A stretch of 64,000 nt of DNA from Penicillus capitatus. Its lineage: Eukaryota > Plantae > Chlorophyta. Under the pieces are notes generated by a model. That model made no database searches. It was not told the DNA's origin and saw only the letters and a program-made list of their open reading frames with translations. Shown here piece by piece: positions 61,166-64,000 of the stretch (the stretch's first letter is position 1; every line of letters starts with the position of its first letter). The stretch lies in the NCBI GenBank assembly GCA_965649825.1, contig OZ287696.1, positions 1,159,101 to 1,223,100 of the forward strand, written 5' to 3'. Position numbers and translations under genes: made by a program.

Positions 61166-62796
61166 TCACTCACATCTCGATCGATCACACTCACCTGACC
61201 CCATCATCGATACCTTAGTGTCTGTATGTACAGGAAGTGGAACATGGTTACCGATACAGGACGCGGGATGACAGATCTGAGCTTCTGCTTCTGTGTGACA
61301 AAGCGTTGTTCGATGGGGACGAGTTCTGCCGTTTTCTTTTTTCTATCCAATCGCACGACCCATTTCCACTTTCCCAATTCCGATCGCATCTTCTTACGGT
61401 AGAAGTACTCTCGAATCCACAGATACTCCTCTTGTCCGTCAATAACCGAATCGCGTCTGCGAGACACCTGTCACATCATGCGAGCACAGTGCCACTTACC
61501 GGTCACTGGAGCTGTGGACATGGCATGGAGCAATAAGACCAAGATACTTGTTATCGAATCCGATCGCGCGATTCACTTCTGCCTCCTGCACAGATTTTGG
61601 TTCCACATACAGTTCCTTCATCAGGACGTTCTCTGCACAGAAAGGTCACATACAGTAGCTGGTAAATGCAAGAACCTGAAATCTGCATGCTATAAGCATC
61701 GCCATGAGGTATCAATTTGTCGCTGTCGTTCACACAGTTGTTGTGGAAATTCACAGTACAGAACGCACGGCCATGTCGATCTTCGTGCGGCACCACTGTA
61801 AGTGTAGTAATGAGAACAGAAATGCTGTCAGTGTATTCGTACCGTTATAGACAGCCACAGCTTTTCGTGCTCGTGTTTGCATCGTCTTTGATCGTCCTCC
61901 GTGAAACGACGATGTCAGTTGCGCAGCTCTAGTTTCTGGGGGCTGTTTTGCCCTGTCAAATCCCCTCTATATGTCAGACTGCATATCAGGCAATGGATGC
62001 ACAAGTGTCGTGTTTCATGACTTGGATGGATCGAAGATAGGCTTCTTTCGAAGCAAAGGAACGCATCTTGCGTTTTCGAGACGGTTTCTGGAAATTCAAT
62101 GGCCGAATCTGTGTTTTCTTCTCCGCCTCCGCATCTTTGATCCACCTAACAGCGATCGCAGCTTTTCGCGAGTTGTCGCCAACAGTCACATCACACCATC
62201 TTTCCGGATCGACGTTTTTGAGCACGACTGGCATTTTGTGCTTCTTGCGTGGCTTCATCAGCATCGTCTCTGAATCCAACGTCCATTTTGTATGAGAGAC
62301 GCTCTCGACCTGAATCGCCAAATGTTGGTCTCGATCGATCGAGGAGAGGCGTACGGCGTCGAGGATTTCGTAATCCTCATCGTCCAGCGAAGGAAGCGTA
62401 TCGAGCGAATCGGGATCGGAGAGATCGCCTTTATCGGGCGACGGCGGCCGTTCCTCATAGCGATACATTTCTGCAGCTGCGGTTCCGAACTCGAAGCCCA
62501 GAAAATCTGGAAGAGGGAGGTCGATCGACGGAGGGAGCTTTTCTTCAGGCGCCAGACAAAACTTCGCGAGTTCCGCCGCGTCGAATGGCGTCACTAAGGA
62601 CTTCATGTCGCAGACAACCTCCATAAACACCCTTTCTTACAAAGGCCGATAGCCATCAGAACCGCACCTCTGGTAGGTCGACACGAAAACGCATATCGGA
62701 GATGAAACGCGTAGGCCGATTGAGTTCTGTTTGCTCGATCTCGGGGCCATGATTCTGAACGGGACGTTCGCCACTACGTCCAGGACGACGACTCAT
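61166..62796 (-). CDS. PAF1: Divergent PAF1 (RNA polymerase II-associated factor 1) homolog; 3' end approximate
   Basis: LNRPTRFISDMRFRVDLPE, LDDEDYEIL, SIQ|RGFDRAKQPP, AVYN|VVPHED...FCTVNF and EEYLWIREY...AELVPIEQRF follow the PAF1 motif order. Confidence 0.7.
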
Positions 62797-62864
62797 CGGG
62801 AATGGTAAAACGATGGCGACGATGATGAAGGAATGCTGTTTGACGGACGTGACGACTCTCGACC

Positions 62865-64000
62865 ATGCGTCATCGCATCCTGATGATCAGCGACTTCTTC
62901 TTTCCGTCTTTCGGTGGCGTCGAAAGCCACATCTACCAACTTTCACAGTGTCTGATGCAACGCGAACACAAAGCAATCGACGGACCATCGCCTCACACCC
63001 ATCCAGCATCCATCGCATGTCTATAGGTTGTGGTGATGACGACTGCTCGAAGTGATCGCAAAGGGGTGCGGTTTCTATCCAATGGACTCAAAGTGAGGTG
63101 TCACACATAATGATGGGACAGTGAGTGAGAGGATAGGTCTATTATGTCCCGCGATGGGGCGTGTTGAGTGGATGCATTCTCCCCAATGTCTTTGGAGGAT
63201 TCTGCCTGTTGCGGGCGATTCTGATCCGCGAAGGGATTACGATCGTCCATGGACACCAATCCTGTTCGCCATTTGCCTGCCAATGCATTTTCCAAGCACA
63301 ATCCATGGGATTCAAAGTCTGTCCCATCTGCTTCAAACTGATACCGAGTGTGTTGCTCTGTCAGTGTGTGTTTACGGATCACTCCCTGTTTGGCTTTGCC
63401 GATCTGTCGGGCATTGCTCTGAACAAAACGCTCAAATGCGTCATGGCCAATGTCGATCATGTCATCTGTGTTTCGCATACCTCCAAACAGAACACAGTAA
63501 TCCGTGCCTGCATCCCTCCCTCCCGCGTGTCTGTCATACCAAACGGTGAGCCCGTTATCTGAACGTTTCGTTCTCCTGTTCACTCTCACTCGTTTGCGGC
63601 AGCTGTTGATGCACAAGACTTTGAACCTGACGATTCGCGTGTCTTTGATCCCGAGCACATCACCATTGTCGCCTTTACGAGGCTGGTTTACCGTAAAGGC
63701 ATTGATCTGTTGGCCGTGATTCTTCCCGAGATCTGCGAGCGACATCCTCATGTCCACTTCCATATCTGTCTCCTTCCATTCATCGTATTTCGATCACTCT
63801 GATTGCTTTCTAGGTGGAGATGGACCCAAGAAGAAGCTGCTCGAAGAGGTCATCTTTCGAGAAGATCTGTCATCGCGGGTCGCATTACACCCTGCTGTGC
63901 CTCACAGTAAAGCAAGGGGCGTTTTGATTCAAGGGGATGTTTTTATCAATGCCTCACTCACTGAAGCCTTCTGCATTGCCATTGTGGAGGCGGCGGCGGC
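62865..64000 (+). CDS. PIGA: Phosphatidylinositol N-acetylglucosaminyltransferase subunit A (GPI anchor), 3' truncated by the window
   Basis: [66 protein letters not shown] and [14 protein letters not shown]. Confidence 0.96.

Overview
Eukaryotic nuclear DNA from a very compact, plastid-bearing green-algal (chlorophyte-like) genome. It uses the standard genetic code: TAA and TAG end genes at the expected C-termini. About 30 genes are present, most split by 45-60 nt spliceosomal introns, so the ORF track shows them as fragments. Recognisable genes are NADP-GDH, a 2xAP2+B3-like transcription factor, PHYLLO (MenF-D-C-H), TFIIB, Cpn20, a PHD/ARID/Agenet protein, a FAM192A-like protein, DUF1499, NDUFS5, DusA, plastid RPE, a DUF2358-like protein, a cytochrome b5-like protein, an aldo-keto reductase, RlmN, CEP104, a PDE12-YrdC gene, a PPR protein, TRM13, an ML-domain protein, an SSB, PAF1 and PIG-A (partial). 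The most interesting observations are: (1) an in-frame spliced fusion of PDE12 (EEP nuclease) with YrdC (t6A TC-AMP synthase), starting 44 nt after the stop of a PPR gene; (2) an AP2-AP2-B3 protein that appears only after splicing; (3) an organellar SSB fused to a RecQ-type HTH_40-like domain; (4) three tandem ~60-nt palindromes with a compensatory base change, inside an AT-richer repeat block that interrupts a GC-rich domain; (5) dense GATC/TCGA arrays in intergenic DNA; (6) divergent start codons as little as 23 nt apart. Gene models were assembled by eye from GT/GC-AG sites and protein motifs, and no database search was run. No rRNA, tRNA, CRISPR array or intact transposase was recognised.
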